Source: an uncultured Candidatus Saccharibacteria bacterium
Lineage (GTDB): Bacteria > Patescibacteriota > Andersenbacteria > UBA10190
Reading direction: 5' to 3'
NCBI GenBank assembly: GCA_964373855.1
Contig: CAYJWL010000004.1
Coordinates: forward strand, 1 to 45,390
DNA length: 45,390 nucleotides
The notes below the pieces were generated by a model, which saw nothing but the letters and a program-made list of their open reading frames with translations, was not told where the DNA came from and made no database searches. Below, piece by piece: positions 17,080 to 24,565 of the stretch. The position numbers were made by a program, and so were the translations under genes. Position 1 is the first letter of the stretch. Every line of letters starts with the position of its first letter.

Positions 17080-18165
17080 ATGCCTGACTACTATGAAACA
17101 TTAGGGGTGGATCGAACTGCTTCAAGCGACGATATCAAAAAAGCCTATCGTCGCTTGGCTCATAAATATCATCCGGATAAAGCTGGTGGTGATGAAGAAA
17201 AGTTCAAAGAGGTAAACGAAGCCTATCAGGTATTAGGAAACGAGCAGAAGCGCAATCAGTACGATCGCTTTGGGCAGGCCTTTGAGGGAGAACCAGGTCC
17301 TTTTGGCAGGGGGGGATTTTCTGGACAGGGTTTTAATTTTAATTTTGAGGATCTCGGTGGGATCAGCGATATTTTCGACACGTTCTTTAGCGGAGGGCAG
17401 ACGACGAGGACCCGCCGGAGAAGGGGGAATGATGTTCAAATTGATGTTGAGATTGCCTTTGCTGACTCGGCCAAGGGAAAAGAACAGGCAGTGAACCATC
17501 GGTTGTACCAGGTGTGTTCCAAATGTAATGGTAATGGGGTAGAGCCCGGGACGCCGATAGAAGAATGTAAGCAGTGCGGCGGCCGCGGCCTGATCAGTCA
17601 GACCAGGCGCACGCCCTTTGGCGTGTTCACCACTCAATCTGAATGCCCGGCTTGCCGCGGTGAAGGCAAGCAAGCAAAAACGGTTTGCTCACGTTGCCGC
17701 GGGGAGGGGAGAGAATTGAAAGATCGTATGTTAACTTTTGATATACCGGCGGGCATTCGCGATAATCAAACGATTCGGCTTAGCGGCAAGGGTGAAGCCC
17801 CGCCCCGGGGAGGGGAGACGGGCGATTTATATGTTACCGTGCATGTGCAGCCCGATCCTTCCGGGATGACGAGAGACGGGGACAACGTTCGTTCAGCCGT
17901 CTCCATTCCTTTTATTGAAGCGGCACTAGGCATAGTCATTTCCCTTCCGACTTTGGCGGGAGCCAAGGAATTGCAAATTCCGGCTGGTACTCAACCGGGC
18001 AGCGAGATTCGCATGGCCGGGGCCGGGTTTCCGCAGCTGGGCGGAGCGCGCCGGGGCGATCACATAGTAACTGTCCAAGTTGAAGTGCCGCGCCGGCTTT
18101 CCCGCAAGCAGCGGCGCCTGCTTGAGGAATTTAAATCTGCCGGCAGACGAGGCTTTTTCTCATAA
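17080..18165 (+). CDS. dnaJ: Molecular chaperone DnaJ (type I)
   Basis: The J domain reads [22 protein letters not shown] region follows, then four CxxCxGxG zinc motifs ([32 protein letters not shown]). Confidence 0.95.
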   Translation: MPDYYETLGVDRTASSDDIKKAYRRLAHKYHPDKAGGDEEKFKEVNEAYQVLGNEQKRNQYDRFGQAFEGEPGPFGRGGFSGQGFNFNFEDLGGISDIFDTFFSGGQTTRTRRRRGNDVQIDVEIAFADSAKGKEQAVNHRLYQVCSKCNGNGVEPGTPIEECKQCGGRGLISQTRRTPFGVFTTQSECPACRGEGKQAKTVCSRCRGEGRELKDRMLTFDIPAGIRDNQTIRLSGKGEAPPRGGETGDLYVTVHVQPDPSGMTRDGDNVRSAVSIPFIEAALGIVISLPTLAGAKELQIPAGTQPGSEIRMAGAGFPQLGGARRGDHIVTVQVEVPRRLSRKQRRLLEEFKSAGRRGFFS

Positions 18166-18206
18166 ATGCCTAAAGCGCGGCCATTACAAGGCCGCGCTTT
18201 AGGCAT
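18166..18206. terminator. Perfect 17-bp inverted repeat between convergent genes (hairpin / probable bidirectional terminator)
   Basis: ATGCCTAAAGCGCGGCC-attacaa-GGCCGCGCTTTAGGCAT begins 1 nt after the dnaJ stop. There is no clear U-tract on either strand, so the terminator call is tentative. Confidence 0.5.
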
Positions 18207-18227
18207 TAGGTCACCAAACAAGGGGGT

Positions 18228-18878
18228 TTAGAGCTCGTTGAACTGGCTGACAGCGTAGTGGTTTGAATTAATGACTTCGCCTTTCACTCGAACAGATTGG
18301 CTATTAGCTGTGACCTCGTCAAGTAATTTGACGTTACCCAGGGCTGATAACTTGGTCGTGCCGTTAATGCGCATGCGCACATCCTTGTCGACTATTTGTG
18401 ATTGCTTATAAGTCGAGTTGCCAACCTCAACCGTAATCCAGCCTTCATCGGTTTTACCAGCATCACGCTCGACAGCCTTGAGCTTGCCATTGATAGTGAA
18501 CGATCGGTCATTAATTACGACCCAGCTGGCGACAAATACGCCATTGCTTTTCTTGACTCCGTTTACCACTACCTCTTGACCAGGAACAAGGCTGCTGGAT
18601 TTAACCCGCTTTTTTACAAGCTTGCCCGATGAGTCCTTTGTCCATTTATAGATCTTGGCCGTGCTGACGCTTATATCATTTCTTATACCGGATAAATCAG
18701 GGTCAGCTTGTCCAGAGGCGTGTGTGAAATAGACATTAAGATCATCGCCTCCGATAATCACCAGACCACGAGCCAAAAACTTATACTCATCGGTTGCAGC
18801 CGTGGTTGATAAACCGACAACGGCCAAGGCACTTACGACAATCGCAACAGCGCCGCTAAATAAAAGTCCTTTCTTCAT
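18228..18878 (-). CDS. Secreted or anchored beta-rich protein of unknown function
   Basis: The product has the N-terminal signal MKKGLLFSGAVAIVVSALAVVGL, then repetitive V/K/G-rich strands. Confidence 0.55.
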   Translation of the reverse strand: MKKGLLFSGAVAIVVSALAVVGLSTTAATDEYKFLARGLVIIGGDDLNVYFTHASGQADPDLSGIRNDISVSTAKIYKWTKDSSGKLVKKRVKSSSLVPGQEVVVNGVKKSNGVFVASWVVINDRSFTINGKLKAVERDAGKTDEGWITVEVGNSTYKQSQIVDKDVRMRINGTTKLSALGNVKLLDEVTANSQSVRVKGEVINSNHYAVSQFNEL

Positions 18879-19143
18879 GGTATTACTGTTTGTGTTTAGA
18901 AATTAAACTGTCTTGCAGGCCGTTGCTTTTTAGGCGAGGTCAGCCCTCCTTCGCGTGAAGCTATGGACGGCATAGGCCGATAGCCTGTTTCTGTAAGCAA
19001 TCTTTCCTCGTCTTTAGGCGAAGTTGCTTGCAGGCCGAAGCCTTGGCGAAGGCCTGTGGAAAACATCAGATTTAGTATACCATAGATTGCAATAAGAGGG
19101 AAATCCAGTTAGGCTATAGCAGTTAGATACAGTGTAAGTATGA

Positions 19144-19216
19144 GCGTCCGTAGCTCAGTTGGTAGAGCAGTGGCCTTTTAAGCCAACGGTCGTGGGTTCG
19201 ATTCCCTCCGGACGCA
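19144..19216 (+). tRNA. tRNA-Lys (anticodon UUU)
   Basis: A hand-folded cloverleaf gives acceptor GCGUCCG/CGGACGC, D arm GCUC-AGUUGGUA-GAGC, and anticodon loop CUUUUAA (UUU at 19177-19179). The T arm is GUGGG-UUCGAUU-CCCUC and the discriminator is A. CCA is not encoded. There are two mismatches, G27-A43 and U50-U64. Confidence 0.9.
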
Positions 19217-19276
19217 CACAGTGCAAGACGGGGCTGACGGAATTAGGCAGCTGCCGGGCAAAATTGTCACCCGCAG

Positions 19277-19304
19277 TTGACAAAATTAAAGCAGGGAGTA
19301 TGTT
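19277..19304 (+). promoter_or_regulatory. Promoter TTGACA-N16-TATGTT upstream of the orphan ORF
   Basis: The -35 is at 19277-19282 and the -10 at 19299-19304. The in-frame ATG at 19311 lies 6 nt after the -10. Confidence 0.45.
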
Positions 19305-19403
19305 GAGCGTATGTCGCCTTGCGCGGCCTGTTATTTGCAGAATTTTCGCCAGCCAGCAGTGGATCGGCTGGTACTATCGGTGTCCTTGGAAGGAGTAGGG
19401 GGA

Positions 19404-19865
19404 ATGAGCAGTAACGGAAATGGAAGGTCTGGTGGCAAAAAGTGCGGGGGTAAGATCGTGCGGGATTTTACCATGGGAGAACTTGAAGCCCAAGCAAAAA
19501 GACGGGGCTTCCAGCTGGTTCTGAAAGATCCCGCAACACCTGCCTACTGCGGTTTTCTTGAGTGCGGCCATGATTTCCGTCGTAAGCAGCGCGTCCAGCT
19601 TGTGAAGGATCTCGGGTCAGGGCGAATTTGTTTATGGTGCGCTTATCGACACCAATGGCCGGCAATTCGGGCGATATATGTGCGTTGGGATGACTTGCTT
19701 TTCACAATTGCCAAGGTTGCCGGCTTTAAGCTGGTTCCGCTGGGTCAGATATCAGATGAGCTCCCCATACGGCAGGACAGTGAGCCCAACGGAAGAAAAA
19801 AACGCAGAATACGCCTGCGCCGCCGGTCAAGCCACCGCCCAGCGTACAGCCAGTTTCGGCACTAG
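19404..19865 (+). CDS. Orphan basic protein with Cys/His cluster (possible zinc ribbon); alternative leaderless start at 19311
   Basis: GGAAGGAG lies 8 nt upstream of ATG 19404. The product has CGFLECGH...CLWC and an Arg/Lys-rich tail GRKKRRIRLRRRSS. It is followed by a strong intrinsic terminator. I recognise no family. Confidence 0.5.
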   Translation: MSSNGNGRSGGKKCGGKIVRDFTMGELEAQAKRRGFQLVLKDPATPAYCGFLECGHDFRRKQRVQLVKDLGSGRICLWCAYRHQWPAIRAIYVRWDDLLFTIAKVAGFKLVPLGQISDELPIRQDSEPNGRKKRRIRLRRRSSHRPAYSQFRH

Positions 19866-19900
19866 CTGATTATATTCACAACGCGACTTCAGCAGTACAA

Positions 19901-19937
19901 GGCAGAGAAGCTTTAGAAGCATCTCTGCCTCTTTTTT
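19901..19937 (+). terminator. Rho-independent terminator
   Basis: The stem GGCAGAGA-(13 nt)-TCTCTGCC is followed by TCTTTTTTAT. Confidence 0.75.
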
Positions 19938-20031
19938 ATATATATATTCCCGTTCCGCTCTCTACTTCAGGGTCAAGCTGAACGGTCTAAGTATGGTCAC
20001 AGATCACTTCTATTAATACACTATGCACTTT

Positions 20032-20189
20032 AAAACACGCCCAGCACAATCCTGTGAGCGGCTTCTAAGGCTGTTTTGGCATAGTACCCGCCGAAGCGTT
20101 AGCGAAGGCGGGGCAAAACAGCCGCAGCCTCGGAAGCCCCGCGCTGGCGGAGCGAGAATGAGCGAACAAGATTGTGCTGGGCGTGCTTT
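20032..20189. repeat. 158-nt rod-like inverted-repeat element (function unknown; MITE-like or hairpin RNA)
   Basis: The outer arms are CACGCCCAGCACAATC (20036-20051) and GATTGTGCTGGGCGTG (20170-20185), a perfect 16 bp that extends to 19/20. An inner 10-bp helix pairs GGCTGTTTTG (20069-20078) with CAAAACAGCC (20114-20123). The apex hairpin is CCCGCC..GGCGGG. Confidence 0.6.
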
Positions 20190-20219
20190 CACGAAAGTAA
20201 AGAGGTACAAAGCCGAAGC

Positions 20220-20247
20220 TTGACATAATCTCATTTATGGTTATAAT
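20220..20247 (+). promoter_or_regulatory. Consensus sigma70 promoter TTGACA-N16-TATAAT with no adjacent CDS
   Basis: The -35 TTGACA is at 20220-20225 and the -10 TATAAT at 20242-20247. The nearest credible CDS (aspS) starts 610 nt downstream. Confidence 0.65.
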
Positions 20248-20288
20248 GACCAGTTCTTTAGATGTGCGTTTTTCGACAGTTTTCCAAC

Positions 20289-20457
20289 TTATCTGTGGTA
20301 AGGAGGGCCTTCTTTACGTGAAGAAGGGATGCTTTCCGCAACAGAGCTAAGGCAGTTTCCCCGCTTTACGGCGAGGCAGACTTTCTTCGTCTTGAGCAAA
20401 AAAGTGCTTCGTGTGGGCCTAAAGCCCATGCGAATGATCACTCTTTACCACAGATAA
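20289..20457 (+). ncRNA. Candidate structured RNA, ~170 nt, closed by a 17-bp helix, about 35 nt downstream of the predicted TSS
   Basis: UUAUCUGUGGUAAGGAG (20289-20305) pairs with CUCUUUACCACAGAUAA (20441-20457), giving 16 Watson-Crick pairs and one G-U. Internal hairpins are CCUUCUU-uacgug-AAGAAGG and UUCGUGUGGGC-cuaaa-GCCCAUGCGAA. I recognise no Rfam-class motif by eye. Confidence 0.4.
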
Positions 20458-20646
20458 AGGGGAAAGCAGCGATTGGTCATCTGCAGGTGTCATACTTGCA
20501 TTTTCCTGCCTGCCCGGTACAGTATTATGTTCTCTTTAAAACCTCTGCTGGTGCCTCGTACACGCTTGCATTCCTTAGCGATTTCATGAAGAGATTGTTG
20601 GGGAATGTGCGCCTTTGTGGTGCACAGTGTCCTTTACCTCAATTGA

Positions 20647-20756
20647 GGGGCGTATGAAGGAGCGCCCCGCATCCTAGGCATACGACCTTCTCGCCCCGCC
20701 CTATAAGCGGGGTGAGAACCTAGGAGAGTGCAGTTCGTTGCCGGACTTTACTCTCC
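20647..20756 (+). other. Three consecutive stable hairpins in the aspS upstream region
   Basis: The first is GGGGCG-(10)-CGCCCC (20647-20668). The second is CCUAGG..UUCUCGCCCCGC-ccuauaa-GCGGGGUGAGAA-CCUAGG (20673-20724). The third is GGAGAGU-(20)-ACUCUCC (20723-20756). Confidence 0.5.
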
Positions 20757-20856
20757 TGGGTATGAACGCGGCCGCGTCGGCGCACGGCAGCAGCCCCCTC
20801 AAGTATGGGTCAGCTGTATTTTTTTGGCTTTTGCCTTTACTCTGTACGCTATATCT

Positions 20857-22680
20857 ATGTCCAAAAGCCAGCATATTTCTGACACCGTTTACCGCACGCA
20901 TACCTGCGGAGAGTTGCGTCCCGATCACGCCGGATTGAGTGTTCGCTTGGCCGGATGGGTACATGCTCGGCGCGATCATGGCGGGCTGATTTTTATTGAC
21001 CTGCGCGACCGGTGGGGGATTACACAACTTACGTTTGATCCAAACAAGAACAACCAGCCCTGGCAATTAGCAGCTACTTTGCGTTCAGAGTTTGTTATTC
21101 AGGTCGAAGGGAAAGTAATGGCCCGGCCCAATGATATGGTGAACCCCGCTCTGCCTACCGGAGGAGTAGAAGTAGCAGTGAGTCACATGACCCTTTTAAG
21201 CGCCTCTGACCCTCTGCCCTTTGAGGTGGCAAAGGATGACCATGTGAACGAAGACATCCGTCTCAAATATCGCTTTCTTGACCTGCGCCGTCCTCGTCTG
21301 CGCGCCATACTGGAGCAGCGCGACCGGTTTATTAGTCACATCCGCCGCTACATGCAGCAGCATAGTTTTATTGAGGTACAAACGCCGATATTGGCGAACT
21401 CATCTCCTGAAGGAGCCCGGGATTATCTGGTGCCCAGCCGCCTCCACCCGGGAAAGTTTTACGCGTTACCGCAAGCGCCGCAGCAGTTCAAACAGTTACT
21501 GATGGTTGCCGGATTGGATCGGTATTTTCAGATCGCTCCGTGTTTCCGCGATGAAGATCCCCGAGCCGATCGCCATCCCGGCGAATTCTACCAATTGGAT
21601 TTAGAAATGAGTTTTGTGGCGCCGGAAGATGTTTTTGCTGTGGTCGAGCCGCTGATGATTGAGCTGACGGAAAGATTCAGCACCAAGGAGATTACAACCA
21701 AGCCGTTCCCGCGCATTCCCTGGAAAGAGGCCATGACGAAATACGGCACTGATAAGCCCGATTTGCGCTATGAACTTTTCATCAGCGACGTATCGAACAT
21801 TGTATCGGAGTCAAAATTTGAGGTTTTTGTCCAAGCTTTGGCAAACGGGGGAGTAGTCCATGCGCTGCACGTGCCGGGTGGCGCTGGCTTTACCCGAAAG
21901 GATATTGATGATCTCACGAACAAGGCTAAGATGTTGGGCGTAGGCGGTTTGGCCTATCTAAGCATCAAGGAAAAAGCCTCTTCTCCTATTCTAAAATACC
22001 TGGGCGAGCAGCTTGCTCAGCACGTTGTCCAGGCGGTGGGAGCCAGTCGAGGTGATATACTATTTTTTGCGGCGGGCAAATGGCCAGAAGTATCCCGGGC
22101 GCTGGGCGCCACCCGTGATCTGGCCGCGGCCAAACTGGGACTCAAGGATCCAGATAAAGCTGCCTGGGCCTGGGTAGTTGATTTTCCTATGTACGAATTC
22201 AACGAGGCAGCAGGAAAAATTGATTTTTCCCATAATCCTTTTTCTATGCCTCAAGGGGGGAAGGAAGCGCTGACTACTAAGGATCCGACAGCCATCGTGG
22301 GGTATCAATATGATCTGGCTCTCAATGGCTTTGAGATCAGTTCGGGCGCGATCCGCAACCACGATCCCGAGCTCATGTACCAGGCCTTCGCCATTGCCGG
22401 CTATGCCCGCCGCGAGGTTGATGCAAAATTCGGCGGCTTGATTTCGGCATTTCGTTACGGCGCGCCGCCTCATGGCGGCTTGGCTCCGGGCATTGACCGG
22501 TTGATGATGGTGCTCTTTGACGTGGATAGCATCCGTGATATTTACGCGTTTCCCAAAAATGGACGCGCTCAAGATGTTTTGATGGGAGCGCCGTCAAAAG
22601 TCGACGATATATTGCTGCGCGATCTTCATCTCAAGCTAGATATACCGGGCAACAAGACTGGACAGGGAGAGGCGGCATGA
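20857..22680 (+). CDS. aspS: Aspartate--tRNA ligase (bacterial type with GAD insertion)
   Basis: The product has RTHTCGELR, WVHARRDHGGLIFIDLRD, FRDEDPRADR (motif 2) and GGLAPGIDRLMM (motif 3). I moved the start from 20728 to ATG 20857 (MSKSQHISD). Confidence 0.95.
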   Translation: MSKSQHISDTVYRTHTCGELRPDHAGLSVRLAGWVHARRDHGGLIFIDLRDRWGITQLTFDPNKNNQPWQLAATLRSEFVIQVEGKVMARPNDMVNPALPTGGVEVAVSHMTLLSASDPLPFEVAKDDHVNEDIRLKYRFLDLRRPRLRAILEQRDRFISHIRRYMQQHSFIEVQTPILANSSPEGARDYLVPSRLHPGKFYALPQAPQQFKQLLMVAGLDRYFQIAPCFRDEDPRADRHPGEFYQLDLEMSFVAPEDVFAVVEPLMIELTERFSTKEITTKPFPRIPWKEAMTKYGTDKPDLRYELFISDVSNIVSESKFEVFVQALANGGVVHALHVPGGAGFTRKDIDDLTNKAKMLGVGGLAYLSIKEKASSPILKYLGEQLAQHVVQAVGASRGDILFFAAGKWPEVSRALGATRDLAAAKLGLKDPDKAAWAWVVDFPMYEFNEAAGKIDFSHNPFSMPQGGKEALTTKDPTAIVGYQYDLALNGFEISSGAIRNHDPELMYQAFAIAGYARREVDAKFGGLISAFRYGAPPHGGLAPGIDRLMMVLFDVDSIRDIYAFPKNGRAQDVLMGAPSKVDDILLRDLHLKLDIPGNKTGQGEAA

Positions 22681-22780
22681 GCCGAGCTAACGCGTGTAGT
22701 TGTTATCGGTATAGAAGAATCATCCAGAATCAAGTAGAGTAAACACTACATGTGCCACTAAAGCACGGGATCAACAGCCC

Positions 22781-23995
22781 ATGACTGTGAATGTTCCTAT
22801 AAACTCAAGAGGCGGCCGCATACGACGATATGCCGGTTTCCTGACGCTCCTTCTCCTGGGCCTGGTGATTGGCCGGTATGTTGTTCCCTTCAACGCCGGT
22901 CTCTCTGGTCCTCTGGAGGTGGTATCCAATGTCAACGGCAACCGCCAATTTGCATTTCCTACTTTTTGGGAAGCGTGGGATACGCTGCACACACATTATA
23001 TAGACAAGCTGGATGATCTGGATCTTTTTTATGGTGCGGTGGCTGGGATGGTGCGGGCCACGGGCGATCCTTACACCGTCTTTGCTGATCCGCAGGATAC
23101 AAAGCAGTTTCAGGAGACACTACAAGGCGAGTTTTCCGGCGTGGGCGTGGAAATCGGGGTGCGCAACGGCCTGATAACTGTAATCGCGCCCCTGGAAGGA
23201 TCTCCGGCTGATGCTGCCGGTGTGCTGGAGGGGGATGTCATCGTGGCGGTTGATGATGACCCTATCACACAAGATATGTCCATTGATGATGTTGTTCAGC
23301 GGATACGCGGCCCCAAAGGTGCCACAGTGATACTCACTGTCATACATCAGGGCGAGAACGACACTCAGGACATTTCAGTTGTCCGGCAGACAATTGCGGT
23401 CGCCAGTGTAAAATTGAGCACAGACGCCGGCATTGCTCGTTTCGAAATCACGAGCTTTAGCGAAGACACGGCCGGGCGGTTTGCACAACTTGCTCAAGAG
23501 GCCAAGAATCAAAAGGTGAAAGGCGTGATAGTGGATGTGCGCGGTAATCCAGGCGGATTCTTGCAAAGCGCAGTTGATATTAGCTCTTACTTTCTAAAGG
23601 CCGGAACTACTGTTGTAAGCGAGCGGGGCAAGACAGATAAAGAATATAAAGCTCGGCGCGGATCCCTGTTTGTCGATACGCCAACGGTTGTTTTGGTGAA
23701 CCGCGGCTCGGCCTCAGCCTCAGAAATTTTAGCCGGTGCGCTGCAAGATCAGCGCCAGGTGCCGATTGTCGGAACCAAGACGTTTGGCAAAGGATCGGTT
23801 CAGGAATTGTTAACCTTAAAAGACGGTTCGAGCTTGCGCGTGACGGTGGCTAAGTGGTATACGCCCAGTGGTCGGTCCATCAGCGACGAAGGGATTGAGC
23901 CAACTACTGAAGTTGAGGACAATCGCGAAACAGATGAGGACGAACAGTTGGAGGCGGCGCTGGAAATGTTAGAGAAAACTATTAGTTCCAGTTGA
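22781..23995 (+). CDS. Carboxyl-terminal processing protease (S41 family, PDZ domain)
   Basis: An N-terminal TM anchor is followed by a PDZ domain (GDVIVAVDD). S41 motifs are DVRGNPGGFL, GSASASEILAGAL and TFGKGSVQ. Confidence 0.85.
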   Translation: MTVNVPINSRGGRIRRYAGFLTLLLLGLVIGRYVVPFNAGLSGPLEVVSNVNGNRQFAFPTFWEAWDTLHTHYIDKLDDLDLFYGAVAGMVRATGDPYTVFADPQDTKQFQETLQGEFSGVGVEIGVRNGLITVIAPLEGSPADAAGVLEGDVIVAVDDDPITQDMSIDDVVQRIRGPKGATVILTVIHQGENDTQDISVVRQTIAVASVKLSTDAGIARFEITSFSEDTAGRFAQLAQEAKNQKVKGVIVDVRGNPGGFLQSAVDISSYFLKAGTTVVSERGKTDKEYKARRGSLFVDTPTVVLVNRGSASASEILAGALQDQRQVPIVGTKTFGKGSVQELLTLKDGSSLRVTVAKWYTPSGRSISDEGIEPTTEVEDNRETDEDEQLEAALEMLEKTISSS

Positions 23996-24028
23996 GAATT
24001 GTTTTCGGTCGGTGGTATCCTAAGCCCG

Positions 24029-24529
24029 ATGTCTGGACGAATAAAAGTCGTATTACTTGAAGACGTGGCGGCACTCGGCCAAGCCGGGGAGGTCGTGAGT
24101 GTGTCAGAGGGATACGCGCGTAATGCTCTTTTCCCCGAAGGCAAAGCGGCGCTTGCCACGGAGAACATTCAACGCCGGCAGAGTGAGCAAGCAGCCATTC
24201 ACCAGGCAAAGGAGAAGGCAGGCTTAGCAGCGCTTCAAGCCACGGCGGAAAAGCTTGATGGCACTGAACTGGCGATTGGCGCGCGGGTGAAAAAAGAAGA
24301 CCGGCTCTTTGGCCATATTTCAGCCAAGCAAATCGCCAGCGAGCTGAATGCACAAGCTGGTCTTCAGATAAAGCCCAGCGCGATTGTTATGAAGGAATCG
24401 ATTCAGAAGATCGGCTCCTACCCGGTAACGGTGAGGCTCTCACCGGAAGTTGAATTCGACGTCCAGGTAACGGTCACGGCGGCACCCGGCACAAAGGGAT
24501 CCGCCAAGTCAGAGCCAGAAGAAGGATAA
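24029..24529 (+). CDS. rplI: 50S ribosomal protein L9
   Basis: The product begins MSGRIKVVLLEDVAALGQAGEVVSVSEGYARNALFPEGKA. I moved the start from 23999 to ATG 24029. Confidence 0.9.
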   Translation: MSGRIKVVLLEDVAALGQAGEVVSVSEGYARNALFPEGKAALATENIQRRQSEQAAIHQAKEKAGLAALQATAEKLDGTELAIGARVKKEDRLFGHISAKQIASELNAQAGLQIKPSAIVMKESIQKIGSYPVTVRLSPEVEFDVQVTVTAAPGTKGSAKSEPEEG

Positions 24530-24565
24530 AAAAGATAGGTAATTAGTGAGAAACGTAACCAAAAT

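Noticed and set aside
19159-19398. A 79-aa + strand ORF that starts inside the tRNA gene.
   Set aside because: It overlaps tRNA-Lys and has no SD or promoter. It is spurious.
19944-19960. ATTCCCGTTCCGCTC as a possible att-type repeat of the tRNA-Lys 3' end (ATTCCCTCCGGACGC).
   Set aside because: The match is only partial. The enclosed ~740 bp carries no integrase or other mobility gene.
20013-20234. Two near-mirror ORFs on opposite strands (73 aa on the minus strand, 66 aa on the plus strand).
   Set aside because: Both are by-products of the 158-nt inverted repeat. Palindromic DNA produces symmetric open frames.
20262-20321. A 19-codon ORF (MCVFRQFSNLSVVRRAFFT) just after the predicted TSS of the 20220 promoter.
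   Set aside because: It has no SD and an ordinary composition, and it overlaps the 5' arm of the 17-bp helix. It is more likely incidental than a leader peptide.
20254-20856. A T-box riboswitch upstream of aspS.
   Set aside because: I looked for the T-box sequence (AANNNGGGUGGNACCGCG), an AGAGA/distal-loop Stem I, and a specifier loop with GAC/GAU. The closest string, UGUGGUGCACAGUG at about 20616, matches only 6 of 13 positions. This still needs a covariance-model search to be certain.
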